Counted from the stretch's first letter, positions 10,830-20,920 are shown. The stretch is DNA of 64,000 nucleotides from an uncultured Gammaproteobacteria bacterium (GCA_964568075.1 CAZMOM010000008.1:5430-69429); one strand, 5' to 3'. Program-made: numbers and translations. The notes: a model not told the origin generated them from the sequence alone.

Positions 10830-12545
10830 CTACTTGCCGAGCTTGAACGCTATTATTTCATTGCCACGCTTGTAATCAAGCTGCACATTACCGCCCGCGC
10901 CAACCACAATGTATTGGTTGCCGCCCACGTTATATGAAGCCGGTGGAGCGTTGACGCCGGCATTCGCCTTGTATTGCCACAAGACTTCGCCCGTCTTCGA
11001 ATCGAAGGCTCTAAACCAGCCATTGCCTTCGCCGGTAAACACCAGGCCGCCGCCTGTCGCCAGAATCCCACCGATCATGGGCTGCTCGGTTTTGACCTTC
11101 CACCTGATTTTCCCGGTGTTGTAGTCAACTGCCGTGATATTACCCCATTGCTGTTCTTCAGCAATGACCTTGAATGCACCCCCTAGCCACAGTTTCCCGC
11201 CAGGATACGGCGTGGCCTCAACGTGGTACGTCATCGGCTGATGAAGATTGATCGCATAGGTCAAACCGAGGTTCGGATCGATGGCCATTGGAGACCATTC
11301 GACGCCACCATTAGCGCCAGGCAGCATGCGCTCGCCCTCGGGTGTCGGCAGGACCCAGCGATTTTCCTGAACCACCATGGGTTCGGAGAACCGTATGAGG
11401 CTGCAGTCTTTCGCACGGTGCACGTAGACATAACCTGTCTTGCCGGCGTGCAGCACACCCTTCACTTCGTTGCCCCTGTCGTCCACCACTGTTGTTAATA
11501 CCGGTGGACTCACGGCGTCCAGATCCCATACGTCGTGTGCGATGTATTGAAAATGGCACTTGTACTTACCGGTACTCAGATCAACCGCCACGAGTGAATT
11601 CGTGTACAGATTGTCCCCGGGCCGAATCGCCCCATAAAGGTCGGGAGACGGGTTACCGACAACGAAATACACCGTATTCGTTTCCCGGTCTATCGCCATA
11701 TTCTGCCAGACACCACCTCCCAGCGTTTTGTAGGGGTCACCGAGCTTTTTCAATGCCGCTTTTTCAGCTCGGATATCTCGCAACATATCGCGACCCGTTG
11801 CGTCTTTGGTCGCCCATACGCCGACAGAATTCTCGGCCGTTGTGTGGAACGTCCACAGCTCCTTGCCGGTATCCGCATCATAGGCCTTCACGAAACCGCG
11901 AATTCCGTACTCGCCGCCGTTCGTTCCGATGAGGATTTTTCCGTCAACCGCGGTCGGAGCCATGGTTTCGCTGTAGCCAAGCTCGGGATCGGCAATCTGC
12001 GTTGCCCACGCGAGACGACCTGTTTTCGCATCCAGGGCCACCAGCTTGGCATCCAGCGTACCCATATAGACTTTATCGCCATACGGGAACACACCGCGAT
12101 TGTTTGGTCCGCAGCAATACGTCGTAATCGGACCCATGTCGTGTTTGTAATGCCAGATCTTCTTGCCTGTTTCTGCATTCAATGCGTAGACATGGTTGAA
12201 TGACGTCGTGACATACATGACGCCGTTTACAACGATCGGTGTCGTTTCCAGAGACTCTACGACTTCAGTCTTGAACGTCCAGGCACGCTGCAAGCGGTCG
12301 ACGTTGCCGATGTTAATCTGGCGCGCCGGATAGTAACGCGTCTGATTGTAGTTTCCGTTGGTATGCAGGAAATTATTGGAGTCACCGGCCGCGCGATCCA
12401 ACATATCTTGCGTAACCGTCAGCATATCGCCGTACAACGTGCCGCCGCCGACTTCCTGAGATTGCACCGAACTGATACTGAACAGCGCGATACTCGATCC
12501 AACAAATAAATTTAAAAACAGATTATTGATTCTTTTGTTGCCCAT
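10830..12545 (-). CDS. PQQ-dependent dehydrogenase, methanol/ethanol family (second, divergent copy)
   Basis: Signal peptide, vicinal Cys-Cys ([11 protein letters not shown]), repeated propeller W-motifs, and HDVWDLD around the catalytic Asp. Start set at ATG 12545 (MGNKRINN), 8 nt downstream of GGAGG. The ORF-track extension to 12896 is rejected. Confidence 0.9.
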   Translation of the reverse strand: MGNKRINNLFLNLFVGSSIALFSISSVQSQEVGGGTLYGDMLTVTQDMLDRAAGDSNNFLHTNGNYNQTRYYPARQINIGNVDRLQRAWTFKTEVVESLETTPIVVNGVMYVTTSFNHVYALNAETGKKIWHYKHDMGPITTYCCGPNNRGVFPYGDKVYMGTLDAKLVALDAKTGRLAWATQIADPELGYSETMAPTAVDGKILIGTNGGEYGIRGFVKAYDADTGKELWTFHTTAENSVGVWATKDATGRDMLRDIRAEKAALKKLGDPYKTLGGGVWQNMAIDRETNTVYFVVGNPSPDLYGAIRPGDNLYTNSLVAVDLSTGKYKCHFQYIAHDVWDLDAVSPPVLTTVVDDRGNEVKGVLHAGKTGYVYVHRAKDCSLIRFSEPMVVQENRWVLPTPEGERMLPGANGGVEWSPMAIDPNLGLTYAINLHQPMTYHVEATPYPGGKLWLGGAFKVIAEEQQWGNITAVDYNTGKIRWKVKTEQPMIGGILATGGGLVFTGEGNGWFRAFDSKTGEVLWQYKANAGVNAPPASYNVGGNQYIVVGAGGNVQLDYKRGNEIIAFKLGK

Positions 12546-12929
12546 CACTCTCGCCTCCCCGGTGTGAACCTTATTATTTTCCTTCCGACTGGATGCCGAA
12601 CAGATACTGTGCAAATCGTGGTTCGACAATCCGAATTTAGTATACACGGTAATCGCTACAATAAGGCCCTGAACGACTAACCGGTTTCGGGCGCACAATG
12701 CTCGCAATATTTTGCGTATATCATACTGATAAATAAAGGAAAGTTTTCGATTTATCGTCATCCATTCGGGTGCTTTCGTACGACTGCAGGGACGCAGGAG
12801 GTAGGGCAACGCAGGAGCAGTTGCCGAGCAGGAATCCTTTCTGCGGCGCAGACCCGCTGGGCCTGCCCTATCACCTTGACGGAGTATTAGCTTCACCCAG
12901 AATCCGCGATCCCTGGTGAATTACGCAGG

Positions 12930-14648
12930 TTAGGTAGTTGCGGATTCCCCTACACCACCGGACACTGGCAAATGATGTTTATCCGCGACCGGTCGCATAG
13001 CAGCGTTGCTAAGCAGAGCGACGAATAGCAATGCGGCCATTAAATACATTGTTGTATTGTAAAGGCTACTGGTGGGATCGATGGTTCCGGGCGGTGCGAT
13101 TTCCATCAGCTTGGCAATCGTGACGCTGTTTTGTGCGACCAGCGCATCGAGTTGGTCGATACCCGCGCCAAATTTTGATGTAAACACGGTCGGATCGATC
13201 TTCGCCACCAGGTTCGAAATAGCATTGCTGATCGAGGACTCTCGCAAAGAGGTGATCGCCAGCGGCCCCAGCACGCCTGCAGTACTCCAGGCCGTAAGCA
13301 GACGACCGTGAATACCGCCGACATATTTGGTGCCAAATACATCCGCGAGATACGCGGGAATTGTTGCAAAGCCCCCGCCGTACATGGTGAAAATGATCAT
13401 GCTCGCCGCGTAAAAATAGACCAGCCAGACGACGCTGGGGTCTACACTGACACGCTGGGCAGAAAACGGTATCGAGCAATACAGCACAATACCGAGAGCA
13501 AAGAAAATCCAGTAAGTATTACGGCGGCCGATGAAGTCGGACGTGCTCGCCCAGAAGAAACGCCCGATCATATTGAAAACACTGATCATCACCACATAGG
13601 TTGCAGCAAACGCCCCATCGACGACGCTTGGAAGCGTGCTGCCGAATATTTCGCTCATCATGGTCTTTGCAACACCCAACACGCCGATGCCTGCCGTTAC
13701 GTTGAAACACAGGACGATCCACAGCTGATAAAACTGTCTTGTCTTTAGCGCCTGATCGATATCGACATCGCGATCGGTGATCATGCGTTTGGCCGCTTTG
13801 GCGGAATCTGGCGGCGTCCAGCCTTCGGGTTGCCAACCCTCTGCTGGCACGCGGTAAGCAAGAGCGGCAATCATCATCACGACGAAGTAGATAATGCCGA
13901 GCGTAACAAATGTTTGCGCCACGCCGGTGGACCCGGTTCCAACGAGGTAGACGCCCTCTGGGCCTGGCACGATCATGTTGGCGAGGTCGTTCGCACCGAC
14001 AATCACGACTTCTTTCAATTCGCCGGCAATTTCGGCAAAACGTTTGCCCGCTTGCGTGACTAATTGGAGGTCGGCGACCGGGCCAAGGTAGTCAGGCGCA
14101 CGGTAAAACGTTCTGATGAAGAACCCCTTCAACGGTGCGCCGATCATGGCACCACCACCGAAGCCCATGATCGCCATGCCTGCTGCCATCCCGCGCCGGT
14201 CAGGGAACCATCGAATCAGGGTACTGACCGGAGAAACGTAACCCAGCCCGAGACCACAACCGCCGATTACGCCATAGCCAATATAGACTAACCATAACTG
14301 GTGCGTAAAAACACCCAGGCTACCGATCAAATAACCACCACCCCAACAGCAGGCGGCGACGACGCCAACCATGCGCGGCCCAACTCGTTCCAGCCAACGG
14401 CCAGCAAATGCAGCTGCTAATCCCAGGAATACAATGGCTACCGTGAAAATCCAGACAACTTCTTTGAGTGACCAATCGCTGGCCGCACTTGCGACTATCC
14501 CATGTGCTTTGATCAGCGCGGGGTTGTAAATGCTCCACGCGTAAACCGAGCCGATACACAGGTGGATTGCGATAGAAGCCGGGGGGACACGCCAACGATT
14601 GAAGCCGGGTGCTGCGATGATGTGTTCTTTCGATAAGAATCCGACCAT
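12930..14648 (-). CDS. MFS transporter, oxalate/formate antiporter (OFA) family
   Basis: 572 aa and about 12 TM helices. The N-terminus (NRWRVPPASIAIHLCIGSVYAWSIY) is typical of OFA-family MFS proteins. Confidence 0.8.
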   Translation of the reverse strand: MVGFLSKEHIIAAPGFNRWRVPPASIAIHLCIGSVYAWSIYNPALIKAHGIVASAASDWSLKEVVWIFTVAIVFLGLAAAFAGRWLERVGPRMVGVVAACCWGGGYLIGSLGVFTHQLWLVYIGYGVIGGCGLGLGYVSPVSTLIRWFPDRRGMAAGMAIMGFGGGAMIGAPLKGFFIRTFYRAPDYLGPVADLQLVTQAGKRFAEIAGELKEVVIVGANDLANMIVPGPEGVYLVGTGSTGVAQTFVTLGIIYFVVMMIAALAYRVPAEGWQPEGWTPPDSAKAAKRMITDRDVDIDQALKTRQFYQLWIVLCFNVTAGIGVLGVAKTMMSEIFGSTLPSVVDGAFAATYVVMISVFNMIGRFFWASTSDFIGRRNTYWIFFALGIVLYCSIPFSAQRVSVDPSVVWLVYFYAASMIIFTMYGGGFATIPAYLADVFGTKYVGGIHGRLLTAWSTAGVLGPLAITSLRESSISNAISNLVAKIDPTVFTSKFGAGIDQLDALVAQNSVTIAKLMEIAPPGTIDPTSSLYNTTMYLMAALLFVALLSNAAMRPVADKHHLPVSGGVGESATT

Positions 14649-14689
14649 ACTAGTTTGTCATTCTTGGAACAACGATCCTTCTTTGTGCG

Positions 14690-15565
14690 TTAATCGTCAT
14701 CAGGCGAGGCCGCCACATCGGTGTCTGGCACAAAATCGAGCAAAGGCACGTGGTACTCAGCGAAGATCGCTGCCATCGGCACAGCGGTCTTGTGCATTAA
14801 CTCTTCCAGGACCCGTTTGCGTTCACCGTCGCCGTACCTCACACCCGCGGCGATCGCGAAATCGAATCGAATGCCGGGTTCTGATTCCAGGGAAATCACG
14901 ACCAGTTCCACGCCTTTTGCCCGGCTGGCGAAAAAGCCCGCCATCGGTCCCCAAATGATGGCTGCGTCGAGTCTTCCACCAACGAGCTCCTTCTCAATTA
15001 TTTCACCGGGGTAGGCTCCGGGATCGCCAGACATCGCGAGAAAACCGACCAGCTGCTCGCCCATGCCATGGCGTGCCAGCCATTTGGTTCCGGGCGTGGG
15101 GGTAAACGCACCGATTCTAAGACGATCGCGAATCTCGGGATTCAAGTTGATGAAGTCTTCGCCGCTCGCCACGTCATCCAGATTGCCCCCCTTCGCGTAG
15201 ACCAGCGCATACGTTGAGCGGTAGTAAGGCTTCGTCGTCAACAGGCGGTCATAACCGGCCGCTACCCCCATAACGATATCGCACTTGTACCCCTCTCCAG
15301 ACTGACTCGGCGCTTTGAGTGTGTTGCGGATAAATCCGCGCCGTTGCGGAAACCACGTGTACTCAATTGGCAGCCCAAGTTCATTTGCCCACAATTGCGC
15401 AATCTTGTTTTCAAACCCATCCCGATTTTTGGCCGATAAAGGTAGATTGTTTGGATCGGCGCAAACTCGAAACGCAGAAGCACCTTCAGCCAGCGCGCCA
15501 GCAGACAGACCCAAACCGATCAACAGAATTATGCCTCGTCGCATCAGGGAAGTTATCGCCAACAT
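14690..15565 (-). CDS. xoxJ: XoxJ/MxaJ-type periplasmic binding protein (quinoprotein dehydrogenase-associated SBP)
   Basis: Signal peptide plus FRVCADPNNLPLS and YTWFPQRRGFIRNTL motifs. Lies immediately downstream of xoxG. Confidence 0.85.
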   Translation of the reverse strand: MLAITSLMRRGIILLIGLGLSAGALAEGASAFRVCADPNNLPLSAKNRDGFENKIAQLWANELGLPIEYTWFPQRRGFIRNTLKAPSQSGEGYKCDIVMGVAAGYDRLLTTKPYYRSTYALVYAKGGNLDDVASGEDFINLNPEIRDRLRIGAFTPTPGTKWLARHGMGEQLVGFLAMSGDPGAYPGEIIEKELVGGRLDAAIIWGPMAGFFASRAKGVELVVISLESEPGIRFDFAIAAGVRYGDGERKRVLEELMHKTAVPMAAIFAEYHVPLLDFVPDTDVAASPDDD

Positions 15566-15575
15566 CTTATATTAC

Positions 15576-16148
15576 CTATGGTTTCTTCTTCGGGCGACCA
15601 GGCGGCAGAGCGCCGTCGGATCGAGCCTTGAGATAAGCGAACAATTCCTTGTATCGTTTACTGACATTTGGATTATCTTTCCAGGGCGGCATCACGCCGA
15701 CCGGGCCCGTATATCCGTTCGCCATGCGATCCACAAAAATATCAAACTCGAGCTCTTGCATACGGTCTACCAGGCTCGGTGCGAACGTGCTGCCCAACGC
15801 ATCCTGTGCATGGCAACGGTGGCAAAATCCATGAAACGTTCGCCACCCAATATAGGTGTCACCATCGACGTGACAAAACGCCTCACCTGCATCATTCACC
15901 TGTCCGCATTCGACAGAGTAAAGCGCGGAGGTGCTCGGCGTCGATTCTTTGTGCTCATCCCCGGCCTGAGCAACGACCGCAGCTTTTTCATTGCCGACTG
16001 ATTCTGGAGCTGGCCCTGCTGCGTTTGCCGATGCTTGATTCTGCGTGTTTTCCGCAGCGCAGGCAATTTGCGAGAACGCAACGGCGCTAAGAATCATGAA
16101 TGCAACCCCATGTGCGGGTGCTCCTCGATAGTTAACGCGAATTCCCAT
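15576..16148 (-). CDS. xoxG: XoxG-type cytochrome c (cytochrome cL family, methanol-metabolism related)
   Basis: Single CxxCH (CHRCHAQD), a signal peptide and a basic C-terminal tail. Lies between xoxF and xoxJ. Start set at ATG 16148 (MGIRVNY). Confidence 0.85.
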   Translation of the reverse strand: MGIRVNYRGAPAHGVAFMILSAVAFSQIACAAENTQNQASANAAGPAPESVGNEKAAVVAQAGDEHKESTPSTSALYSVECGQVNDAGEAFCHVDGDTYIGWRTFHGFCHRCHAQDALGSTFAPSLVDRMQELEFDIFVDRMANGYTGPVGVMPPWKDNPNVSKRYKELFAYLKARSDGALPPGRPKKKP

Positions 16149-16170
16149 GGTTCCACCGAAGTCGTGTGTG

Positions 16171-16205
16171 AAAAAAACCCCCGGCCACAATATGTGGCCG
16201 GGGGT
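16171..16205 (-). terminator. Strong intrinsic terminator or attenuator hairpin between xoxF and xoxG
   Basis: On the minus strand, ACCCCCGGCCACA-TAT-TGTGGCCGGGGGT (13-bp perfect stem) is followed by T7. Confidence 0.7.
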
Positions 16206-16239
16206 CGCAATTAAAACTAATTGCTGGCCAAATCGCAGT

Positions 16240-18051
16240 TTAATCAGGCAATACGAACACCGTCAATACACCACCCAACTGCGTGTATTGGTCTAGCGCC
16301 TTGTACGCACCGACCGCGCCAAGCCCGTCGGTGTCACCCGTCAGTCCTGCCGCCATGCCGATGCCGGCCCAGCCCCCGATACCGGAGAGTACGCCGATGT
16401 ACTGCTTGCCTTTAAACTTCCACGTGTTCACGTTGCCGATAATGCCAGACGGTGTCTTGAACTTATACAGTTCTTTGCCGGTTCTGGCATCGACCGCTTT
16501 GAGGTATCCCTCTAGCGTACCGTAGAACACAATGTCTCCCGCCGTCGCCAATGCGCCGCTCCAGACAGAGAACATTTCAGAGTTTGACCAAACGATTTTG
16601 CCTTTCGCGGCATCCCAGGCAATGAAGTTGCCCAGATTAGTGGTGCCGTCGCCAGTGACCCGACCTGCCGGGAACATGCTCAGCGTCGCACCTACATAAG
16701 GCTGGCCAGCGACATATTCGACCTCAAACGGCTCGTAGTCCATGCACACATGGTTTGTGGGTACATAGAACAGGCCGGTTTTTGGTGAAAATGCAGCCGG
16801 TTGCTGATCCTTACTGCCCAATGCCGCCGGGCACACGTTTTTCGTGTTGGTGTCTTGACCAGTCTGGTGCGTGCTGTATTTGGCAACAACTTGCGGGCGG
16901 CCAGTCTTCATGTCGACATGGGTTGCCCAGTTCACCGCCGGGTCGTACTTCTCCGCTACCAGCAGTTCGCCCGTTACACGGTCAAGCGTGTAACCGAAAC
17001 CGTTGCGGTCAAAGTGCACCAGGACCTTACGATTCTTACCTTTGATCTTGATGTCGGCAAGGATCATCTCGTTGATGCCATCGTAGTCCCACTCATCGTG
17101 AGGCGTCATCTGGTAGACCCACTTGGCCATGCCCGAGTCGAGATCGCGGGCAAAGATCGTCATGGACCACCGGTTGTCGCCGGGTCGCACCACGGGATTC
17201 CACGTGCTCGGATTGCCAGTCCCGTAATAGACCAGGTTGAGCTGTGGATCGTAGCTGTACCAGCCCCAGGTCGTCCCGCCACCGATTTTCCACTGATCGC
17301 CTTTCCACGTATTGGTGCCGGAATTCTTGCCAACCGGCTTGCCAAGATGGGTGGTCTTGCGGGGATCGATAAGCGTCTGATCGTCCGGACCGACGCTATA
17401 GCCTTTCCACGCCAGGCTGCCGTCCTTGGTATAGTATGCCGCCAGGAAACCCTGCACACCAAACTCACCGCCACTGATGCCGGTCAGCACTTTGTCTTTG
17501 ATAACGACCGGCGCGTTGGTATTGGTACTGCCCTTTGTCGGATCACCATTCTTGATGCGCCAGATCATCTTGCCGGTTTTGGCATTCAGGGCCACCAGAT
17601 GCGTGTCGGCCTGCTGCAAAAAGATTTTCCCGTCCGCATAGGCAAGACCACGGTACACCGTGTCGCAGCACATTACCGGAATCGTATCTGGATTTTGTTT
17701 TGGCTCGTAGCGCCAGATGATGGTCTGGTCGTTAAGATTGATCGCAAAAACCTTGTTCGGGAATGGTGTGTGTATATACAGCGTGTCACCAACAACCAAT
17801 GGTCCGCCTTCGTGACCCCGCAGAACTCCGGTTGAGAATGTCCACGCCACCTTCAAATCGCCAACATTCTTGCTGTTGATCTGATCCAGTTTGCTGTAGC
17901 GGGTGCCGGCGTAATCGCCGCCCCAGATAGCCCAATTGTCCGGGTTATCCATTAGCTTCATCAGCTCACTGTTTGCGCTCGATGTGGCAGGCACCATTAG
18001 AGCCAGTGCAACGCCGGCGATCGCAATTAATCCAATTATTCGTTTTATCAT
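16240..18051 (-). CDS. xoxF: XoxF-type PQQ methanol dehydrogenase (lanthanide-type signature)
   Basis: Signal peptide, [18 protein letters not shown], vicinal Cys ([10 protein letters not shown]), and HDEWDYDG (D-Y-D as in XoxF, against D-Y-A in MxaF). Start at ATG 18051 (MIKRII), 7 nt downstream of GGAGG. Confidence 0.95.
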   Translation of the reverse strand: MIKRIIGLIAIAGVALALMVPATSSANSELMKLMDNPDNWAIWGGDYAGTRYSKLDQINSKNVGDLKVAWTFSTGVLRGHEGGPLVVGDTLYIHTPFPNKVFAINLNDQTIIWRYEPKQNPDTIPVMCCDTVYRGLAYADGKIFLQQADTHLVALNAKTGKMIWRIKNGDPTKGSTNTNAPVVIKDKVLTGISGGEFGVQGFLAAYYTKDGSLAWKGYSVGPDDQTLIDPRKTTHLGKPVGKNSGTNTWKGDQWKIGGGTTWGWYSYDPQLNLVYYGTGNPSTWNPVVRPGDNRWSMTIFARDLDSGMAKWVYQMTPHDEWDYDGINEMILADIKIKGKNRKVLVHFDRNGFGYTLDRVTGELLVAEKYDPAVNWATHVDMKTGRPQVVAKYSTHQTGQDTNTKNVCPAALGSKDQQPAAFSPKTGLFYVPTNHVCMDYEPFEVEYVAGQPYVGATLSMFPAGRVTGDGTTNLGNFIAWDAAKGKIVWSNSEMFSVWSGALATAGDIVFYGTLEGYLKAVDARTGKELYKFKTPSGIIGNVNTWKFKGKQYIGVLSGIGGWAGIGMAAGLTGDTDGLGAVGAYKALDQYTQLGGVLTVFVLPD

Positions 18052-18169
18052 CTCCCCACCTCCATTGATGGTTTTTATGCCTTGCATGCCAGCGCGGAAT
18101 TCACCGCATACCGCTGCAAGTAACCCCTCCGCCTTATTTTTGTAAGGTCGGCCTTGTCCTAACCAAAAC

Positions 18170-18574
18170 TTAACCGCGCTCATTGTCCTTATCGGCGGTA
18201 TCCGTTCTGAATCCCACGAAGCACGATTTTTTCGCGACCGCGGTGATATTACTTATTTTCTTGACGAGAAGGCTCGCACGATCCGGGTCCCGAAAAACCC
18301 CGCCTCGTTCTCCAGGCGTTGTGCGCAATTGAGTAAACACCTCCCCTTCGACGTATTCGTCGTATGCGATCTGCTCAGCTATTTTGTCTATGGCGCATAC
18401 GCACGAATACAAGTTTTCATATTTTTGACCACCATGGGAATCCATGCAACGCAAAACATATTCCACTCGAGCCTGAGTCGGAAAATCATTCGCATGAGCA
18501 GGAGAAGTCAAACACAGCATGCACAGAGTCGATGTTACAGCCACCCAATGCACGATTTCGCCTATTCCCACCAA
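18170..18574 (-). CDS. Hypothetical small secreted protein directly upstream of xoxF
   Basis: Signal peptide ending AHA-ND. Mature part is about 105 aa with conserved-looking Cys residues. Same strand as xoxF. Exact start (TTG or GTG) is uncertain. Confidence 0.5.
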   Translation of the reverse strand: MVGIGEIVHWVAVTSTLCMLCLTSPAHANDFPTQARVEYVLRCMDSHGGQKYENLYSCVCAIDKIAEQIAYDEYVEGEVFTQLRTTPGERGGVFRDPDRASLLVKKISNITAVAKKSCFVGFRTDTADKDNERG

Positions 18575-19110
18575 GGTCTTTTTGTAGTCGTTCGTCGAAT
18601 GCTAGCAGAGTGCGAGTAGGGTGTCAGCCCACAGTTTCCACGCCACAGCTGTTTACGCTGGTTCAAATCAAGAAAAAGTTGAAAAATCAATATGAATTGC
18701 GATTGTCTTCAAGGAGTTTCATGACCGAAAGTTTAACATAAGACAGTCGTTTAGCGGAGTGGAGAGCCCTGCTTTGGCGATCGATGCGGCGGCAAAGACG
18801 GTCATGGTCGGTCGGAATAAGGCTATGCGACTGCTCTGCGGCGTGATCTTCACCCGTGGACAGGTCGTTTTTGAGGGCAATATCGGTGCGGGTCAGGAAC
18901 ACTCTTCTGCGTGCGGTCAACCGCAAGTCCGGTGACGGTTATGGGCGAATCGAAGGCGCCATCGACGTTATGCCGAGCGATCCAGTGTTTTACACGTATG
19001 CTGATGCAGATGGAAAAGCGCAGGTAGCACCGGGACCACTACTTACAAAAACGGCGAAGCACTTGCAACATTTTTATCAACGAAGTTAATCGCGCTCAAC
19101 CGCAAAGTTC

Positions 19111-19947
19111 CTACCGGCTGGCCGGAGCGATCTGCAAGGTCTGACTGAATCGGAGATCCTTCGTATCAGTGACTTCTGCAGTGAGCTGGCCCTCACTTTC
19201 CGGCACAAAGAAGAATTTGAAACTGGGGTTTTCGCTAATACCGAAGCCGGTCTCGGCGGAAAAAATTTCCTCGCCGTCGAAGCTCACTTTTACATGCCGA
19301 ACGAAATGGGCGGGTGCATACATATGCGTGACCTGATTCATTTGCAATCCGCTAAGATTCGGGTGGCTGATCATCAGCTGAGCCGCTGTCGGTCGGGCCA
19401 GATGGGTCACGCTATTCGTTTTCAATTTGATTTTCCCGAGCCGTGCCATCGCCGCATCAAGATCGGAGGCAGCAGGCGCAGAGCAGCCGCCCGTCGCTTT
19501 GATGAAGCGCCGGCTCATAAATAGCTCACCATCACTGGTTTCCGCGATCGCACGTATTGGGCTGTAGGCGTTGACCCTGACCCGAAACGCCAGGTCGGCT
19601 CGCCCGCTTTTTGGTGTGAAGTGAAACGTGCCGACCAACGGCCCGGGATTCCTGTCGATGAACAAGTGAATGGTTTTGATATACCGCTCGTTCGTCTGCG
19701 GTATCTGCGCCGTGATCGATATGGGCACGATGGCCGCATCTTCCGCACGATTTGGTGCATCCAGCACGATGACGTCATCCGATTGGGTTATCGGGCGATT
19801 CTCGAAATAAGCGTGTTTCAAGCCCCCGGTCCAAACCATGTCCTCTTCGACCGTTGTCGCCTCACCCACGACAGGAGCAAGCATCGTCAACACGATGGCG
19901 CACCCACGTAGGCTGGCGAACGCACTCCAACGCGTATTATTCATCAT
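19111..19947 (-). CDS. Quinoprotein dehydrogenase-associated SoxY-SoxZ fusion carrier protein
   Basis: Signal peptide. SoxY-like half ends in KATGGCSAP (GGC carrier-cysteine motif). SoxZ-like half contains ISHPNLSGLQMNQ. The start ATG lies 4 nt after the upstream MBL stop codon. Confidence 0.8.
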   Translation of the reverse strand: MMNNTRWSAFASLRGCAIVLTMLAPVVGEATTVEEDMVWTGGLKHAYFENRPITQSDDVIVLDAPNRAEDAAIVPISITAQIPQTNERYIKTIHLFIDRNPGPLVGTFHFTPKSGRADLAFRVRVNAYSPIRAIAETSDGELFMSRRFIKATGGCSAPAASDLDAAMARLGKIKLKTNSVTHLARPTAAQLMISHPNLSGLQMNQVTHMYAPAHFVRHVKVSFDGEEIFSAETGFGISENPSFKFFFVPESEGQLTAEVTDTKDLRFSQTLQIAPASR

Positions 19948-19951
19948 CCTG

Positions 19952-20920
19952 TCAATCCTCCCATTCCAGCTCGGCGTATGCGGCCCCCACATTGCGCCGC
20001 TGGTAGCGGTCAAACAATAACCACTCTTCTGATCGGGGCTGGCCAATTTTATCCTGCGCCGAGGCTAAATCACCACCGCTCGCAATCCAGCCGCGGACGT
20101 TCTCCCGTAGCCCGGTCAGATACCGCAGCGTCGGTCCGGCGGCCGCCGGCCAAAGTGCGCGCGCCGGGCCATGGCCCGGTACGACATAAGCCAACGATTC
20201 GCCGGACATTGCCTCGAGTTCGCCGATCCAGCCGTTGATGCTGCCGTCAATGACCGGCAAATGCTCGAGAAAAACCAGGTCGCCGAGAAACGCTGTCTTC
20301 GTTTGCTCGTCGACGATACTGATATCGTGGTCCGTATGGGCGCTTTTGTGAGCCCGAACGGTCAAGACCCTGCCCCCAATATCCAATTGGATCACGCGTG
20401 TCACCGTGCGTTCCGGGAAAACGAAAATCGATTCGTCCAGCACCCTGCTTTCGTACGCGGACGCACGCTCAAGATAAGTATCGCCCCGCATCGCCAACGC
20501 GCGTGGCAGTTTGGCGTGACCGATGAATTCCACCCCGGGGCGGTGAAACGCTAAATTGCCCAGCAGATGATCGGGATGGACATGCGTATTGATCACATAA
20601 CACACAGGTCGCTCGGTCACCTCGCGGATCGCACAATCCAATGCTTGCCCTTCCGCGGGACTACCGCCGGTATCGACTACCGCAACACAGCGATCGCCGA
20701 CGACAAAACCAATGTTCGCAATCTCGTCACCTTCAAATACGACTGCAGTATGCCCGGGCCGTACGTAAACACCTGCAGCGACTTGCACAACCGCGGTTGA
20801 TTGCGAGCAGGACTCCGGCGTTTGCACGGGGACCGCGCGGCAGGAAAGCGCCCAAAGAGCACAAGTCAGTTGCAACATTACCGACCTTCTGACACTGTAT
20901 TTGCGTTGATGGCTTGGCAT
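19952..20920 (-). CDS. MBL-fold zinc hydrolase (quinoprotein relay system metallohydrolase type), exported
   Basis: HVHPDHLLGN (HxHxDH), downstream His/Asp ligands (HKSAHTDHD, VPGHG), and an N-terminal RR-containing signal (KYSVRRSVMLQLTCALWAL). Start could be 20920 or 20878. Confidence 0.8.
   Translation of the reverse strand: MPSHQRKYSVRRSVMLQLTCALWALSCRAVPVQTPESCSQSTAVVQVAAGVYVRPGHTAVVFEGDEIANIGFVVGDRCVAVVDTGGSPAEGQALDCAIREVTERPVCYVINTHVHPDHLLGNLAFHRPGVEFIGHAKLPRALAMRGDTYLERASAYESRVLDESIFVFPERTVTRVIQLDIGGRVLTVRAHKSAHTDHDISIVDEQTKTAFLGDLVFLEHLPVIDGSINGWIGELEAMSGESLAYVVPGHGPARALWPAAAGPTLRYLTGLRENVRGWIASGGDLASAQDKIGQPRSEEWLLFDRYQRRNVGAAYAELEWED

Noticed and set aside
12546-12896. N-terminal extensions in the ORF track for the PQQ dehydrogenases (to 12896 and 18183), FDH (to 1773), adhC (from 23227), the TonB receptor (to 6016) and others.
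   Set aside because: Internal ATGs with good Shine-Dalgarno sequences give proteins that begin with canonical signal peptides or family-typical N-termini. The extensions have no such features.
16801-17835. 344-aa ORF on the plus strand, antisense to xoxF. Similar long antisense ORFs occur at 21696-22418, 22758-23606, 32690-33370, 35870-36379, 61033-61680, 61949-62623 and 62451-62930.
   Set aside because: These are shadow ORFs opposite strongly supported genes in GC-rich DNA. Their translations are Arg/Pro/Gly-rich with no domain features.
18687-19089. Overlapping 79-aa (minus) and 77-aa (plus) ORFs, and a 6-codon micro-ORF with AAGGAG at 18721-18741.
   Set aside because: They show no domain features and exclude one another. 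They are more likely chance ORFs in a regulatory gap.
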